Positions 27,528 through 42,708 of a stretch of DNA of 64,000 nucleotides are shown here, one piece after another. Numbering within the stretch: the stretch's first letter is position 1; every line of letters starts with the position of its first letter. The notes under the pieces are model-generated. The model was given only the letters and a program-made list of their open reading frames with translations, was not told the DNA's origin and did not search any database. The translations under genes were made by a program, and so were the position numbers. Source of the DNA: Octopus vulgaris (Eukaryota); assembly GCA_951406725.2 (NCBI GenBank), contig OX597834.1, forward strand, positions 38,812,001-38,876,000, in the 5' to 3' direction.

Positions 27528-28440
27528 TATTATATATATATATATATGTTGTTATTATTACCATTATTGTTTTTACGTATTTTGTATTCTTATTCGTGCT
27601 ATCATTATTGTTTTACGTATTTTTGTATTTTTATTCGTGTAACATCGTCCGTTTTCCGGTCTTGTTTTGTATACATTCGAGGCTTTCTTCCAAGGAATCT
27701 AATGCGCTTGGCTTAGATTTTCCTTTGGGGCTGCCCAGGTCGGAGCAATCTCAAGATTAATCAGCCGAAATTGCGAGGATGATCCGGTTCTTGACTGAAG
27801 ATTGAGGGCTTCGAATGTCCCGTTCGTGTTTTTTGTGTCGTCTTCTAAATGTTTCACGTTCTTGGTTCTTGTCCCAGTTTGTATATTTTTTTACTTTTAC
27901 ATATATATAATAAATATATATCAATGTTTTTCGCTGTTCGTGGCGTGGACGCGACCATGTGTAATTGTCTAATTACATCTTAAGACGTCAGCAAGCAGAG
28001 GTGGGAATCAGAGCAGCAAATGGGTGCTGAGATTATTATAATAGTTTCGGGCCACTGAGCAAGCTTTTTGATGGTTTCTTAAGCTAATAAAAAAAAAGAA
28101 CAGAGAAGGAGGACAACGAAACGACTGAAAGAGTGCTTCGTGTCATCGCCGAGCGTTCCGGGCTCAAAGTTAATCAGGTTATTTTATTATATCTTTCGTC
28201 GACGAATAGTACTGAAAGATACACGCATGAGATTAATGTACAAACTAAATAAATCAATATTTTTAAAAAAAATTAACTTAATTTAGAAGAAGCACATTTT
28301 CCGATCTTCAGTCGTATATACCATAGTTCAAGAAAAAATATAACTATAAAATATTTGTTTTTATTCTATTTTTATTTTAAAAACAACGGCCATCAAACAC
28401 GTTGGAGTTCGGCTTTAACTACTCTTTCTCCCTCTCTTGC

Positions 28441-28517
<77 letters not shown>

Positions 28518-28522
<5 letters not shown>

Positions 28523-28718
28523 ACCTCGTGTGTACCGTTGGCGATTTTATTCCTCTGTCTTCCCTTCTCGGGATCTTTCCTTCCCCTATGTTTCCGACGA
28601 AGAGCTCCGCTCGAAACGTTAAACCCTCCTTCTATCCTTCATTCCTGAGCGTCCAATAATACTATATTTGTTCCACGTCCTCGCGTTGTTGTGTTTGTTT
28701 GTGTTTTCTTGTTTGGAT

Positions 28719-28722
<4 letters not shown>
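28518..28722 (+). mobile_element. Penelope-like pLTR fragment between (TA)n, with hammerhead-like motif at 28590-28624
   Basis: gttt CCGACGA a gagc-tcc-gctc GAAA cg TT aaac; related to 45780-45931 and 60083-60250. Confidence 0.65.
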
Positions 28723-28754
<32 letters not shown>

Positions 28755-28847
28755 CATACATGATATGCCACTATCGGCCCAACGACAGGTTAGAAAGCGT
28801 GTTTAAATGTGGATGAAGAAATATGTTTCTCCTCTCTCTCTTAATTT

Positions 28848-28880
<33 letters not shown>

Positions 28881-28924
28881 CTGTGTGTGTGTACACGCAC
28901 ACATACACACACACAAACACGACA

Positions 28925-29082
28925 CGACAGGCTTCTTTCAGTTTCCGTCTACTAAATCCACTCAGAGAGCTTTTGTCGGCCTGGGGCTATAGTCGAAGAA
29001 ACTCAACCAAGATGTCACACAATGGGACTGAACCTACGAGCGCATCGTTGGGAAGCAAGCCTCTTCACCACATAGCCACGCC
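28925..29082 (-). mobile_element. SINE family A, 5' half
   Basis: GGCTTCTTTCAGTTTCCGTCTAC...GGGACTGAACC...CCACATAGCCACGCC. Confidence 0.85.
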
Positions 29083-29386
29083 AGTAACACTTCTATGTAA
29101 ACCTTATATCCTTCAGTAATTGCCCATATCGTACAGTTGTACATAATTTCCTAACATAATACGTCCCATTGGGACATACAACTGAAATTGACGCAATACG
29201 GACTGGTCAGTGACATTGACCAGTGTCAGCGCAATGACAAATTCAAACAGACAGTCGACCTTTTCATATATGTCAATGTTTATTATTTTCCAATATTCTC
29301 CATAGGAAATTCCATCCCTCTTTTCTTGTCTTTCGGCTTTCTGTATCTCACTCCTTTTCTTTCTCCTTCTCTCTCTCTCCGTCTCC

Positions 29387-29434
<48 letters not shown>

Positions 29435-29564
29435 TACACACACATAGACACTTTCTCCCCCTTCTTGCCTTGTCTCTCACTTTATGTGTGTCTATATATA
29501 TATATATATATATGTCTATATATATATAGACATATATATATAGACATATATATATATATATATA

Positions 29565-29595
<31 letters not shown>

Positions 29596-29605
29596 AAATA
29601 ATATA

Positions 29606-29665
<60 letters not shown>

Positions 29666-29985
29666 CATGCTTATATGGGTACAGGACGTCACCAACGGTG
29701 CAAACAACATGAAATACGTAAACAAAGAGAAAACTGGAAAACAGGACAAGTAAACACAGAGAAAGACCCTTCGTCAGTTGTTGGCTGTCTATCTGGTCCT
29801 CATTTCAAGCATTCAACGACAATACGAGTCTTCAAAGACAGTTTCTCCAATTAATTCTAAAATAAAACTTAAGATTCACGAAGGGCCAAAGTTGGGAACA
29901 AAAACATGGCAGTGGAGACAAACAAGGAAACCGAACAAAAACAAACATGGAGGGTCGTTAGACCAAAACGATACATACTTATTTG

Positions 29986-30087
<102 letters not shown>

Positions 30088-30119
30088 GAGAGAGAGAAAT
30101 AATTGTGTGTGTGTGTGTG

Positions 30120-30268
30120 TGTGTGGTAAGTATCTTGTTTGCCAACCACATGGTTCTGGGTTCAATCCCACTGCGTGGCACCTTCGGCAATTGTCTTCTA
30201 CTACAGCCTCGGGACGACCAAAGCCTTGTGAGTGGATTTGGTAGACGGAAACTGAAAGAAGCCCGTCA
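30120..30268 (+). mobile_element. SINE family A, 5' half
   Basis: GTGTGGTAAG...GGTAGACGGAAACTGAAAGAAGCCCGTC. Confidence 0.88.
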
Positions 30269-30278
30269 TATATATATA

Positions 30279-31092
30279 GAGGGTGCGTAAGCTATTTGAG
30301 GACAGATTAATGTTTATAAAAAAGAAACAAGCATATAATAAAAGATAATAACTTTATCAAAAAATGCGATGAAGATAACAATAAACCTTCTTTTCTATAA
30401 CGTTATTCAATAAAGCCACTTTCAGCTTCAATAACTGCTTCTATATGAGATCTAAATCATCCACATGCTCGAATCAATTTGCATAACACTTGTAAGTTCA
30501 GAAGCACATAACCATCTGTCATTTCTTCTGTTAACTTTTTGAGTTGGTCGAAGTTTTTTTTCGTTTGATAAAAAACCAAATCAAATCTTTTTCTGTTAGA
30601 TTTTTCAGTTTGTTTAAGAGCCTTTTATATCTGGTGTAGTCATTTTCTTTTGCTTTTTCTGACAAATTGACCTTTCCTCGTCATATAAGACGTCTGATGT
30701 CTTCGTCGACAACATTTCTGACTGTTCTTTCTGACACATGGAGATCTCTTGGACTTTCTAGGGTTGTAATCACAGGTCTTTTGAACTTGCTGGATAAATT
30801 CAGGTGTTCTGATGATTTCAGAGCGTTCAGAAGGCTTTTTTATGCTTTGATACTGGTGATACCTTTCTATCTTCAGTCTCTAGCTCCTTAGAAACTTTGT
30901 AGACGAAAGATCTGGAAACTTTTAAAAGTCTGAGCTATACTCAGCCTTTATAACCACAATAACATCATGCTTCTTCATTTCCTGAGTAAGCTGGGGGTCT
31001 GCCATTATTATTTTCTGAAACAAAGATTATACAGAGCAGAAAATGCAGCAATGACCCCCAAAATGTATGTTCTCAAATGCCTTACATATTGT
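30279..31092 (-). mobile_element. Degenerate Tc1/mariner-superfamily element (HTH region remnant, internally deleted)
   Basis: Imperfect TIRs GTAAGCTATTTGAGGACA / TGTTCTCAAATGCCTTAC; minus-strand remnants ERSEIIRTPEFIQQVQ and DLHVSERTVRNVVDEDIR. Confidence 0.6.
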
Positions 31093-31097
31093 ATATT

Positions 31098-31159
<62 letters not shown>

Positions 31160-32350
31160 GTATTTATGTATGTAGGTATGTATGTTTGTATGTACGTATG
31201 TACGTATGTATGTATGTATGTATGCATGCATGTATGTATGTATGTATGTATGTATGTATGTAGGTATGTATGTTTGTATGTATGTACGTACGTATGTATG
31301 TACGTACGTATGTATGTGAGTGCGTTGTGTGTGTGTGTGTGTTTGAATATACATCTGTATTTGTTTGTACTTATACATATACGCAGAATGCGCAGTGAAA
31401 ACAAATGCACATTTATATTTATGCTTCGCAAGGCAACTAATTGCATAATATTATTTCTGTAATACTTTAACCAATATACGAATTGTATCGCTATTACCGT
31501 GGTCTATCGTAGTTTGTTATTTTGATATTCACCAGAAACTGTCAATAAAAGAAAAGGGAAAAACAAAACACAGCATCATACAATCTGCTTTGTGGTGTTT
31601 GTGGTTATTTAGTGTCAAGTAAGGTCTTAATCCTGTAGAGCTATGACCTAAAACGCTCAAGTCTTTACAAGACAGTATGCGTTGTTGGTCATGGTGATAC
31701 TAGTAATCTTTAGTACGATAATTATGTTATAATCGTAGTGATGGTGATGGTGGTGGTGGTGGTGGTTGTAGTGGTGGTGGTGGTGGTAGTGGTCGTCGTT
31801 GTCGTGGATGTGGTTATTGTTATTTAGGGCAGGCTGGTCGCAGTCAAATAAAATAAGTTGTTGCTATGAATTGTTGTTGTTGTTGTGATGGTGGTGGTGG
31901 TGGTGGTGGGGATGGATGATGGTCATTCCAATAGCAATGGATGAATGGTAGCGATGGATGAGTAACGGCAAGATGAGGACGGCAAGAAGAGGGTTGTAAT
32001 GGGATGATGGTGATGGAGACGATTGAAGTAGTAGTCCTTAAAAGATGTTGAACGGGTGGTAGTGATCGTAGTTGTAATGGCGGTGGTGCCGGTGGTGTTG
32101 CTGCTGCTGTTGCTGTTGGGGTTGCTGCTGGTGATGGTGCTGGTGCTACTGCTGCTGCTGCTGGTGGTGATGAGCGAGAGGGAGCTTTATTTATTTTTCC
32201 GTGTTTTGTTTCGGCAATTCAATAATCCGAGTTCTTCCCTCACTAAACCAACTGTAACATCAGCAGATTTCGCGTTTATAAGTTTCTGTCATGTTTTTAC
32301 TCTATATTATGTGTGTGTGTTTGTGTATGCATCCCTAGTTATCTCTACTT

Positions 32351-32453
<103 letters not shown>

Positions 32454-32552
32454 CATAAATATATATATATACATATACATATATATATATAATATATATA
32501 TATATACATATACACATACATATATATATATATATATATATGTGTGTGTATT

Positions 32553-32635
<83 letters not shown>

Positions 32636-32919
32636 GTATATGTATATATATATATATATGTATGTATATATATATATACATATACATAAATAGGTATATA
32701 GATATGTGCATGATGTATGTATGTACGTAGATATGTATGTGTTATAGTGTGTGTGTGAGAGAGAGACAAAGAGAGAGAGAGAGAGAAAGAAAGAAAGAAG
32801 GAAAAAAGGGAAGAAGGGCTTGTTATAAATATTTCACCGAAATAAAAAAAAATAAATATTTTCAAAATGGGATCAATGAAACCATACATCACTTTTGTTT
32901 CCAAATAAACGGGTTTCTC

Positions 32920-32979
32920 TTTCCCCCTCTCTCTCTTTCTTTCGTTCTTTCTTTCTTTCTTTGTTTCCACATGTCTTTC

Positions 32980-33031
<52 letters not shown>

Positions 33032-34417
33032 TCTCTCTCTCTCTCGTTCTGTCTCTGATTCTCTCCTTATCTCCTTTCATTCACATAGCCTCTATGTTTT
33101 CCGACCTCTTTCTTTCTCATTCTCTCACACCCTCTCTCTTTCTCTCATTCTCTCACCACCACCCACCCCTCTCTCTTTCCATCTTCTCTCCCTCTCTTCC
33201 CGTCTTCTCTCTCTCTCTCTCTCTACTTCTCAACATCTCATTGTCTCTCACTCTTATTCTTTCTCTATTTCCTCTCTCTCACATCGTCTCTATATTTTTC
33301 GGCCCCTTTCTTCTCTCTACCATTCTTTCCCTCGCCATTATTCTCTCTCTCCCTCTCTCCCTTCCTCTCCCTCCCTCTCTCTCTCTCTCTACTTCTCAAC
33401 CTCTCATTGTCTCTCATTCTTATTCTTTCCCTATTTCCTCTCTCTCTTACATCGTCTCTCTTTATATTTTTCGGCCCCTTTCTCTCTCATTCTGCCCCTC
33501 TCTTCTCTCTACCACTCTTTCCCTCGCCATTATTCTCTCTCTCCCTCCTCTCCCTCTCTCTCCTTCTCCCTCTCTCCCTCCCTCTCTCTCCCTCCCTCTC
33601 TCTCTCTCTCTCTCTCTCCCTATCTCCCTCTCTCTCTCCCCTAAAATATAGATTGCTCATATTGGCATTTACTATTTCCAAATATTAGGCAAGCTCAAAC
33701 CCCAAGCTCCAGGGATCACTGCAATAACCCTATTTTAGAGCCTTACATCATTGCCTTTCTCTCTCACTCTCTCTTACTTTCTCTCTCTCTCTCCCTCTTC
33801 CTCTCTCTCTCTCTCTCCATCTATCTATCTATATATATCTCCTTACTCTCCTGTACCCTCAATTTATTTCATTTACTCTCCATCCCTCTCACCACCCGCA
33901 TTATTTCAACCACTCACATTCTATTCTCTCTCTCTCTTTTCCTTTCTCTCTCTCCCTACCTCTCTCTTTCTATAGCTCTCCTTCTCTAACCTCTCCCTCT
34001 CTTTACTTCTCTTTCACCCTCTACATCTTCCTTTCTCTACTTATCTCTCTTTCTACCCGCTCTCTTTCTCTCTACCCCCCTCCCTCTCTCTCTACTCTCT
34101 CTTTCTTTCTTTCAACCCACTCTCACTCTCTCTCTCTGCCCTTTCTCTTTCTACCCTCTCTCTCAACATTTTTATCATTCTCTCCTTCCTCTCTCTCTCT
34201 CATTCTCTTTCTCACTCCCTCTCTCTCTCCCTCTTACTCTACAATTTCCTCCACAACCCTCCACCTCTCCCTCTATCTCACTATTCTCTATCTCTGTCTA
34301 TCTATCTATCTATCTGTCTCTCCGTCCGTCTGACTGCATGCTTCTCTCTCTCTCTTTCTCTCTCTCTCTCTATATATATATATATCAATCTCTCTATCTA
34401 TCTATCTATCTCTCTGG

Positions 34418-34467
<50 letters not shown>

Positions 34468-34482
34468 CAATCTACCTATCTA

Positions 34483-34520
<38 letters not shown>
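32920..34520. repeat. ~1.6-kb largely polypyrimidine (CT)n-derived tract with a ~165-bp internal duplication (33222-33352 / 33388-33545)
   Basis: Direct reading; TCTACTTCTCAAC.TCTCATTGTCTCTCA and CCCTCGCCATTATTCTC each occur twice. Confidence 0.92.
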
Positions 34521-34749
34521 ACGTTTTCTCCTTTTCGCACTTTTCCATATACTTTCAATCCTTAACTTTATCCAATGTGTCACATGCGTGACACACATTT
34601 CGTGTCACACATTTTGTGTGTCATACACACTATGTGACACACAATATGGGTCACAACCAATCCGTATGTAGAGGAAGACATATCTTACGCATGCGTATAC
34701 ATCAAAGCTTAAGCTTGCCTATATGTTTCTATTCGTTTAATGTCTCTAT

Positions 34750-34790
<41 letters not shown>

Positions 34791-34824
34791 ACATATGTTA
34801 CACACACACACGCACACACATATG

Positions 34825-34877
<53 letters not shown>

Positions 34878-34886
34878 GTATGTTTG

Positions 34887-34919
<33 letters not shown>

Positions 34920-35990
34920 GCATGTATGTATGCATGTATGTATGCATGCATGCATGTATGTATAACTATGTAAATGTTTGTATATGTATGTATATGGATG
35001 TATGTATATGTATTTGTATGTATGTAAGTATGCATGTAAGTGTATGTATGTATGTATATGAATTACATGTATATGTCGTAAGTGTATGTATGCATATGCA
35101 TGTATATGTATATATATACGTATATATATATGCATGTATGTGTATATATGTATTAATATATATGACTATATATGTATATGTCTGTATATGTGTGTATGTA
35201 TGTATCTGTGTGCATGAATGTGTGTATGTATATATATATATGTATGTTTGTATGTATATATGTATGTATGTATGAATGTGTGTATGTATGTATCTGTATC
35301 CATGAATGTGTGTATGTATATATATGTATGCATATATGTATGCATGTATCTGTATGTGCGTATGTATGTATGTATGTATGTATGTATGTATGTATGTATG
35401 TATGTATGTATGTATGTATGTATGTGTGTGTGTATGTATGTATGCATGTATGTATGTATGTATGTATGTATGTATGTATGTATCTGTATGTATGTATGTA
35501 TGTATGTATGGCCATGCGCGTGGGTAACAAGGATGCGCACGTGCGCATTCGATCTTCTCTTTTATATTTTTGTTTGGTGTGTTTGTATTGTAAAGAAAAT
35601 CTATTATTCGCCTTCCCCACCCCTCGCTCCTCCCTCTCTCCCTTGCTCTATCCTCCTACTCTCACCCCCCAGCTTCTAACACTCTCTGTTCCCTCTTCTC
35701 CATCCACCTCCCTCTCATCTACTTCTCCCACCTCACCCCCCATCTTTACTCTCTCTCATAGCTTACTCCTTATTTATCTTGAGCTTTGCCTATCACTACG
35801 TCTTTACTTTGTCTTCTTCCTCTCTTCCCATCCTCCTCCTCCTCCCATCCCTCTTTATCTATTGGAATTATTATTATATTGAATAACCAAACATCCACCC
35901 ACAACTCGTACACACACACACACATACACTCTTACACATACACACATGTACAGGCACCACATAGCACATACGAACACACACATGTATAGA

Positions 35991-36025
<35 letters not shown>

Positions 36026-36105
36026 GTCTATATCAATAATATATATATATATACACGTGTGTATATGAATTACACACACACACATCTCTCTCTCTATCTA
36101 TCTGA

Positions 36106-36169
<64 letters not shown>

Positions 36170-36252
36170 ATATATATATATATAAATATATATGTACACA
36201 GTCTCACAAACATATAAGTACATATACAAGACATTTATATAACTTATGTATA

Positions 36253-36375
<123 letters not shown>

Positions 36376-36426
36376 TATATAACATACATATGCTCACACG
36401 TATATCTATATATACATGTACATACG

Positions 36427-36470
<44 letters not shown>

Positions 36471-37179
36471 TTCACATAGACATATGCGTGTGTATTATAT
36501 GAAGAACAGCAAACATTCCTCACACCACACCTCTGCTACACACAAAAACAAACACTACCACCACAACACCCCACATCACTACGCACCACCACCACCACCA
36601 CCACCACCACTACACATCACCACCACTACCACACCACACCACGCCACACCGTACCATACTATTATTTCATCTCATATAAAACATCGAAAACTAATTTCAT
36701 TTCGTTTCGTTTGATTTGAAAAACCTTTCACTTTTTTATACAAACCCTCTTCTTTTTTTTTTATCGTTCTGTACTTTTTTTTCCTATTGCTCTCCCTCCC
36801 CACCCTCTCTCTCTCTCAATTTCCTTCTCCCTCTCTATCTATCATTACACACACTCTGTGTCTCTCTCTCTCTCTCCCCTGTATTACACAATATCTTTTA
36901 CAATACATAACAATATATTTGCATTATATATTATTACATTACGATATTCCAGCTATTATATAATCGCTTTCTCTTGCTTCTCTTCCTTATTGTCGCTAAC
37001 AAACATAAACTGGAAATCCTGTTGTTGTTGCTGTTGTTGTTGTTATGATAATTGTTGTTGTTGTTGTTGTTGTTGCTTCTGCTTCTGGTATCGCGTTGTT
37101 GTTTTAGCATCGTCATCATTATCATAAATTCTCATCATCATCATGATGACCACCAGCGACAACAGCACCGTCATCATCG

Positions 37180-37225
<46 letters not shown>

Positions 37226-37671
37226 AACCACCAACAACAGCACCGTCGTGCACGTCATCCTCATCATCATTATCATCGTCATCATCGTCGTCGTCGTCGT
37301 CGTCGTCATCATTATTATCATCATCAATATCATCATCTTCATCATCATCATCATCACCGTCTACATCATGTATTATATATTTTCGATATATGTTCGTTCC
37401 TACCAAAAAAAACGATCTTTTGTATTTACCAATTTAAGCTTCGATTTCCTTACTACAAAATATGCGCACGCACACACACACACACACACAGGTTTATATA
37501 TATGCATATACGCATATACGCATATACACAGGTTAATATATATATACACGCACGCATACATTCATACGTACATACATGCATGCATGCATACATACATACA
37601 TACATACATACATACATACATACATACATACATACATACATACATACACACATGTACGCAACTGGTACTTT

Positions 37672-37775
37672 CTCCGTTGCTAATGGATTTCCCGCCCTGC
37701 AACTTCTTTCGAGAAATACCAAGATGGCGTTCCCACAAAACAAGAGATTTCCCACATCAATTCCATTGGTCATTT
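37672..37775. promoter_or_regulatory. Promoter/enhancer-like motif cluster
   Basis: TTTCCCGCCC (E2F-like), CAAGATGGCG (YY1-like), two TTCCCAC (CSL/Su(H)-like) and ATTGGTC (CCAAT) within ~90 bp of unique sequence. Confidence 0.35.
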
Positions 37776-37954
37776 TCTGTCATGTGGTCTCAATGATTCA
37801 TAGTTTGATAAAATAAAAATATTTTTAAAGTCCGTATTGCCATCATCCAGAGCCGTCTTCGCAACATTTACAGGCCCCTAGGCATATCTCTGCGTTGAGG
37901 TCTATAGTATTTATTCCTTGACTGCAAGCCACAACATGACTGACAAACTGACTG

Positions 37955-38276
37955 GTCCTCCGTCCGTTACGACGATAGTTGTTTCAGTTGATCCGATCAA
38001 CGGAACAGCCTGTTCGTGAGATTAACGTCTAAGTGGCTGAGCACTCCACAGACACGTGAACCCTTAACATAGTTATCAGGGAGATTCAGCGTGACACAGA
38101 ATGTGACAAGGCTGGCCTTATGAGATACAGGTACAACTCATTTTTGCCCTCAGAGTGGACTGGAGCAACATGAAATAAAGTGTCTTGCTCAAGGACACTA
38201 CGCGTCGCCGGGAATTGAACTCACGACGTTCCGATCCTAAGCCGAACACCCTAACCACTAAGCCACAAGCCTTCAC
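37955..38276 (-). mobile_element. SINE family D, tail variant 3
   Basis: Head GGCTTAGTGGTTAGGGTG; tail CTGTGGAGTGCTCAGCCAC...GGCTGTTCCGTTGATCGGATCAACTG. Confidence 0.88.
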
Positions 38277-38486
38277 CCACAACCTACACTGCTCATAATG
38301 AGGCCTCTAGAACAGTAGTTCTCAACCATTTCTCATTTATGGATCCCGTAGTCTGGTGGGTCCCACGCAACCATTCGACGTCTGAAAATTAGTTTTATAA
38401 ATAATTCTTTCAAAATTCCTGTTTTGTTCTTCGCACCTTCACTTGTGTAGGTTTGCAATAGAAACTCTCTGAGAGAACACGTTTCC

Positions 38487-39278
38487 TATTTCTTTATTGC
38501 ACAGAAGGGGCTAAACATAGAGGGGACAAACAAGGAGAGACAAACGGATTAAGTCGATTATATCGACCCCAGTGCGTAACTGGTACTTATTTAATCGACC
38601 CCGAAAGGATGAAAGGCAAAGTGGACCTCGGCGGAATTTGAACTCAGAACGTAACGGCAGACGAAATACCTATTTCTTTACTATCCACAAGGGACTAAAC
38701 ACAGAGGGAACAACAAGGACAGACAAGGGGATTAAGTCGATTACATCGACCCCAGTGCATAACTGGTACTTATTTAATCGACCCCGAAAGGGTGAAAGGC
38801 AAAGTGGACCTCGGCGGAATTTGAACTCAGAACGTAACGGCAGACGAAATACTTATTTCTTTACTATCCACAAGGGACTAAACACAGAGGGGACAAACAG
38901 GGACAGACAAACGGATTAAGTCGATTACATCGACCCCAGTGCGTAACTTGTACTTATATAATCGACCCCGAAAGGATGAAAGGCAAAGTCAACCTCGGCG
39001 GAATTTGAACTCAGAACGTAACGGCAGACGAAATATCTATTTCTTTACTACCCACAAGGGGCTAAACACAGAGGAGAACAGACAAGGACAGACAAAGGAA
39101 TTAAGTCGATTACATCGACCCCAGTGCGTAATTGGTACTTAATTTATCGACTCCGAAAGGATGAAAGACAAAGTCGACCTCGGCGGAATTTGAACTCAGA
39201 ACGTAACGGGAGACGGCAGACGAAATACCGCTAAGCATTTCGCCCGGCGTCCTAACGTTTCTGCCAGCTCACTGCCTT
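38487..39278 (-). mobile_element. SINE family C tetramer: one head plus four ~183-bp body units
   Basis: TATTTCTTTA unit starts at ~38487, 38671, 38854, 39038; single head at 39220-39278. Confidence 0.95.
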
Positions 39279-39600
39279 AAACTTTCATTAAATATAATAG
39301 ATTCTAAAGCACTAAAAAAAACTTTTTACCCCGAGTATGTGTTATTAAAACAGGGCCATGCGCCTTTTATGCCATTAAACCCGATATGCATCTACAAATA
39401 TAGCAAAGAACTTAGTCAGTGGAAAGAACGCTCATTATACGTAGAGAGATATTTAACAAGAACATGGTATAGTGTGGCTTTTGTTATTTGAAACATAAAC
39501 TTTGTTTTCATATCATCGTGGTATTTTAGCGAAAGTTAAGCCTGAACGAAACAGGAAAAAGAGTAAAACTTTGGTTTAGCAATAGAGCGAAGAGCCGGTC

Positions 39601-39694
<94 letters not shown>

Positions 39695-39757
39695 GTAATC
39701 TAATCACATATATTATGCATTTCCCCTCTTGTTTTTGAAACAAAGAAATGTCTGTGC

Positions 39758-39819
<62 letters not shown>

Positions 39820-39862
39820 TATATATATGTATGTGTGTGTGTATATATATATATATACACAT

Positions 39863-39914
<52 letters not shown>

Positions 39915-39958
39915 CGATGTATGCTTATGTTTGTATGTGTGCATGATGAGAGATGGAT

Positions 39959-40057
<99 letters not shown>

Positions 40058-40144
40058 CACATTCATATATAGTGAGAGACATAGAGGTATACACAGATGA
40101 ATAAGTAATTAGATGCATACATACATACATGCGTACGTACATCC

Positions 40145-40189
<45 letters not shown>

Positions 40190-40521
40190 CATACTTACAT
40201 ACATACATGCATATATATATACATATATATATGATTGTGTGTGTGTGCACATATGTGTATATATATATTATATTATATTATATTATAGAATAGTATATTA
40301 TATATACATATATATGTATATATTGGCACATATATTAACACATATATACGTATATGCTTGTGAATGTATACCTGTGTATGTGTGTGTGTGTGCGTGTATA
40401 AACATATGCATATACATTTGTGTATGCATTGATATATATATTGCACATGTACGTACGTGTGTGTGTCTGTGTTAGCAACCGTGCATCTTAACTACAAATA
40501 CATTCAAATCTTAAATTAGCA

Positions 40522-40895
<374 letters not shown>

Positions 40896-41374
40896 GTATG
40901 TATGTATGTATGTATGTATGTATGTATGTATGTATGTATGTATGTATGTATGTATGTATGTATAACCATATCGGTATATATTCATTCAACCTTGACTATC
41001 AAGTACATTTCTTTAATTCCTATAAAGCCTTTGTTTCGTTCCACGCATGACCGACTTCGTCATCTGAAACCCATTTAAAAACCAATGCCACTTGATTCAT
41101 CATTTCAAAACTATATCTACAGAACCCTGACTCCGACATGACGAAAGTTCCACATCCGTGCCCACCCCTCCTCCTCCCACCCCCGCACATAATTTTTTTT
41201 TTTCCTGCTTCTCTTTCTCCTCGTCTTCCTTCTGTTTCTTCTTGCTCGTCTCCTTCTTTCCAGCCATTCCAATGTTCTCGCTCCATTTAAGAGTAATTCA
41301 CACCTTTTATGAGTCGTCCTCTTCTCATTTTTACCTCCACCTCATCCTTTATTATTTATTGGTCTATTTTTAGA

Positions 41375-41565
41375 GCATTCGAAATGCTTGCTAGCATTTC
41401 GTCCGTATTTACGTTCTGAGTTCGAGTGCAGCCGGGGGTCAACCTTGCATTTTATCCTTGCGAGGTTCATAAAACAAGTACCAGTTGAGTACTGGGGTCG
41501 ATGTAATCGAATTATTCACCCCCACCCCTCGAAATTGGCTGGACTTGCACCAAAATTTGAAACCT
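41375..41565 (+). mobile_element. SINE family C, degenerate
   Basis: GAAATGCTTGC...TTACGTTCTGAGTTCGA...GTACTGGGGTCGATGTAATCGA. Confidence 0.8.
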
Positions 41566-41682
41566 ATATTTTATAAAACTCAGTTCCATTTTGCGTAGTT
41601 TCAAATATCTCCATCATATAAAGCGTAGGAGTGGCTGTGTGGTAAGTAGCTTGCTTACGAACCACATGGTCCCGGGTTACCA

Positions 41683-42380
41683 AGCCACTGCTTACGACGT
41701 TTAACATTTCGATAGAAGAACCATTTTTCATCACCAGTCACAAGTCTATCCAAAAAGGGTGAAATAACTTCGCAAGAATGGGGAGAAGAGCAGATGTCAA
41801 CTCGAGATTTGTGGTTGCTTTCGGTCAATTCATGAGGCACGCATTTTCCAAGTCTAGGAACCTTTCCAAGTTGTTGAAGATGACGATGAACGAACAGCTG
41901 TATGGTTTGAACTAAGCTTTATTGCCAATTCTTCAACTGATAATGCAGGATTTTCTTCAAGTAGTGCCTCAAGGACCTTATCATCAAACTCAACTTGACG
42001 TCCTGTTCGATCTTCATCTTTAAGGCTGAAATCTCCACTTCTGAATTTTGCAAACCATCTTCTGCAAGTTCTTTCATTCAAGCATTCTTTCCCATAAACC
42101 GAATGTATCTTTCGAGTCGCTTCGGCTGCAGAGTTGCCATTTTTGTACTCATAAAGTATTATGTGCCTCAAATGCTCTTTGGATACTTCCATGTTGGAAA
42201 GGGTTTTAATCAAAGAAATTTTACTTCTGGTATTCTGTAAAATAATATTTTATTAGTTTAAATGTACACAAATGCATAAAAATAATTTTTAATTCCATTA
42301 GACATTCTAAAATACTATTAAAATTCATTCAATTTAAAAAAAAAGGTAAAATCGGACAGAACTTATGGGACGACCTGATA
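41683..42380 (-). pseudogene. Mariner transposase 5' half with left TIR; 3' half lost at junction with a SINE A head (41622-41682)
   Basis: MEVSKEHLRHIILYEY...RRWFAKFRSGDFSL (HTH), VPHEL, RLVTGDEKW; frameshift near 41880; TIR TATCAGGTCGTCCCATAAGTTCTGTCCGATTT. Confidence 0.92.
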
Positions 42381-42479
42381 AATATATGCGTCTGTGTTTG
42401 TGCGTGCATGCGTGCGTATATGTGTGTGAGTATATATATTTGTGTGTGTGTGCGCGCGTGCGTGCCGATGTTTGTGTAT

Positions 42480-42708
42480 TTAACCCTTTCGTTACCAACC
42501 CGGCTGAAACCGGCTCTGGCTTTTTAGTATAAATGTCTTGTTTTTATAAGTTTTGAATTCAAATCTTCCACCAAATCTTAGTCACAATTTATGTTCCTAA
42601 CACTAGCTTAATGATAACGATGTTATTTTACTAAAATCTTTGATATATTTAAAATAATTGGAAGAAACACAGAGCATCTCAACAGAAATACAGTAATGAA
42701 AGGGTATA
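42480..42708. mobile_element. piggyBac-like MITE
   Basis: TTAA|CCCTTTCGTTAC ... GTAATGAAAGGG|TATA (second TTAA degenerate). Confidence 0.65.

Noticed and set aside
41854-42213. SETMAR-like or other domesticated transposase gene (also 2332-2604, 62414-62722)
   Set aside because: Frameshifted, truncated, TIR-associated fragments; no SET domain or exon structure
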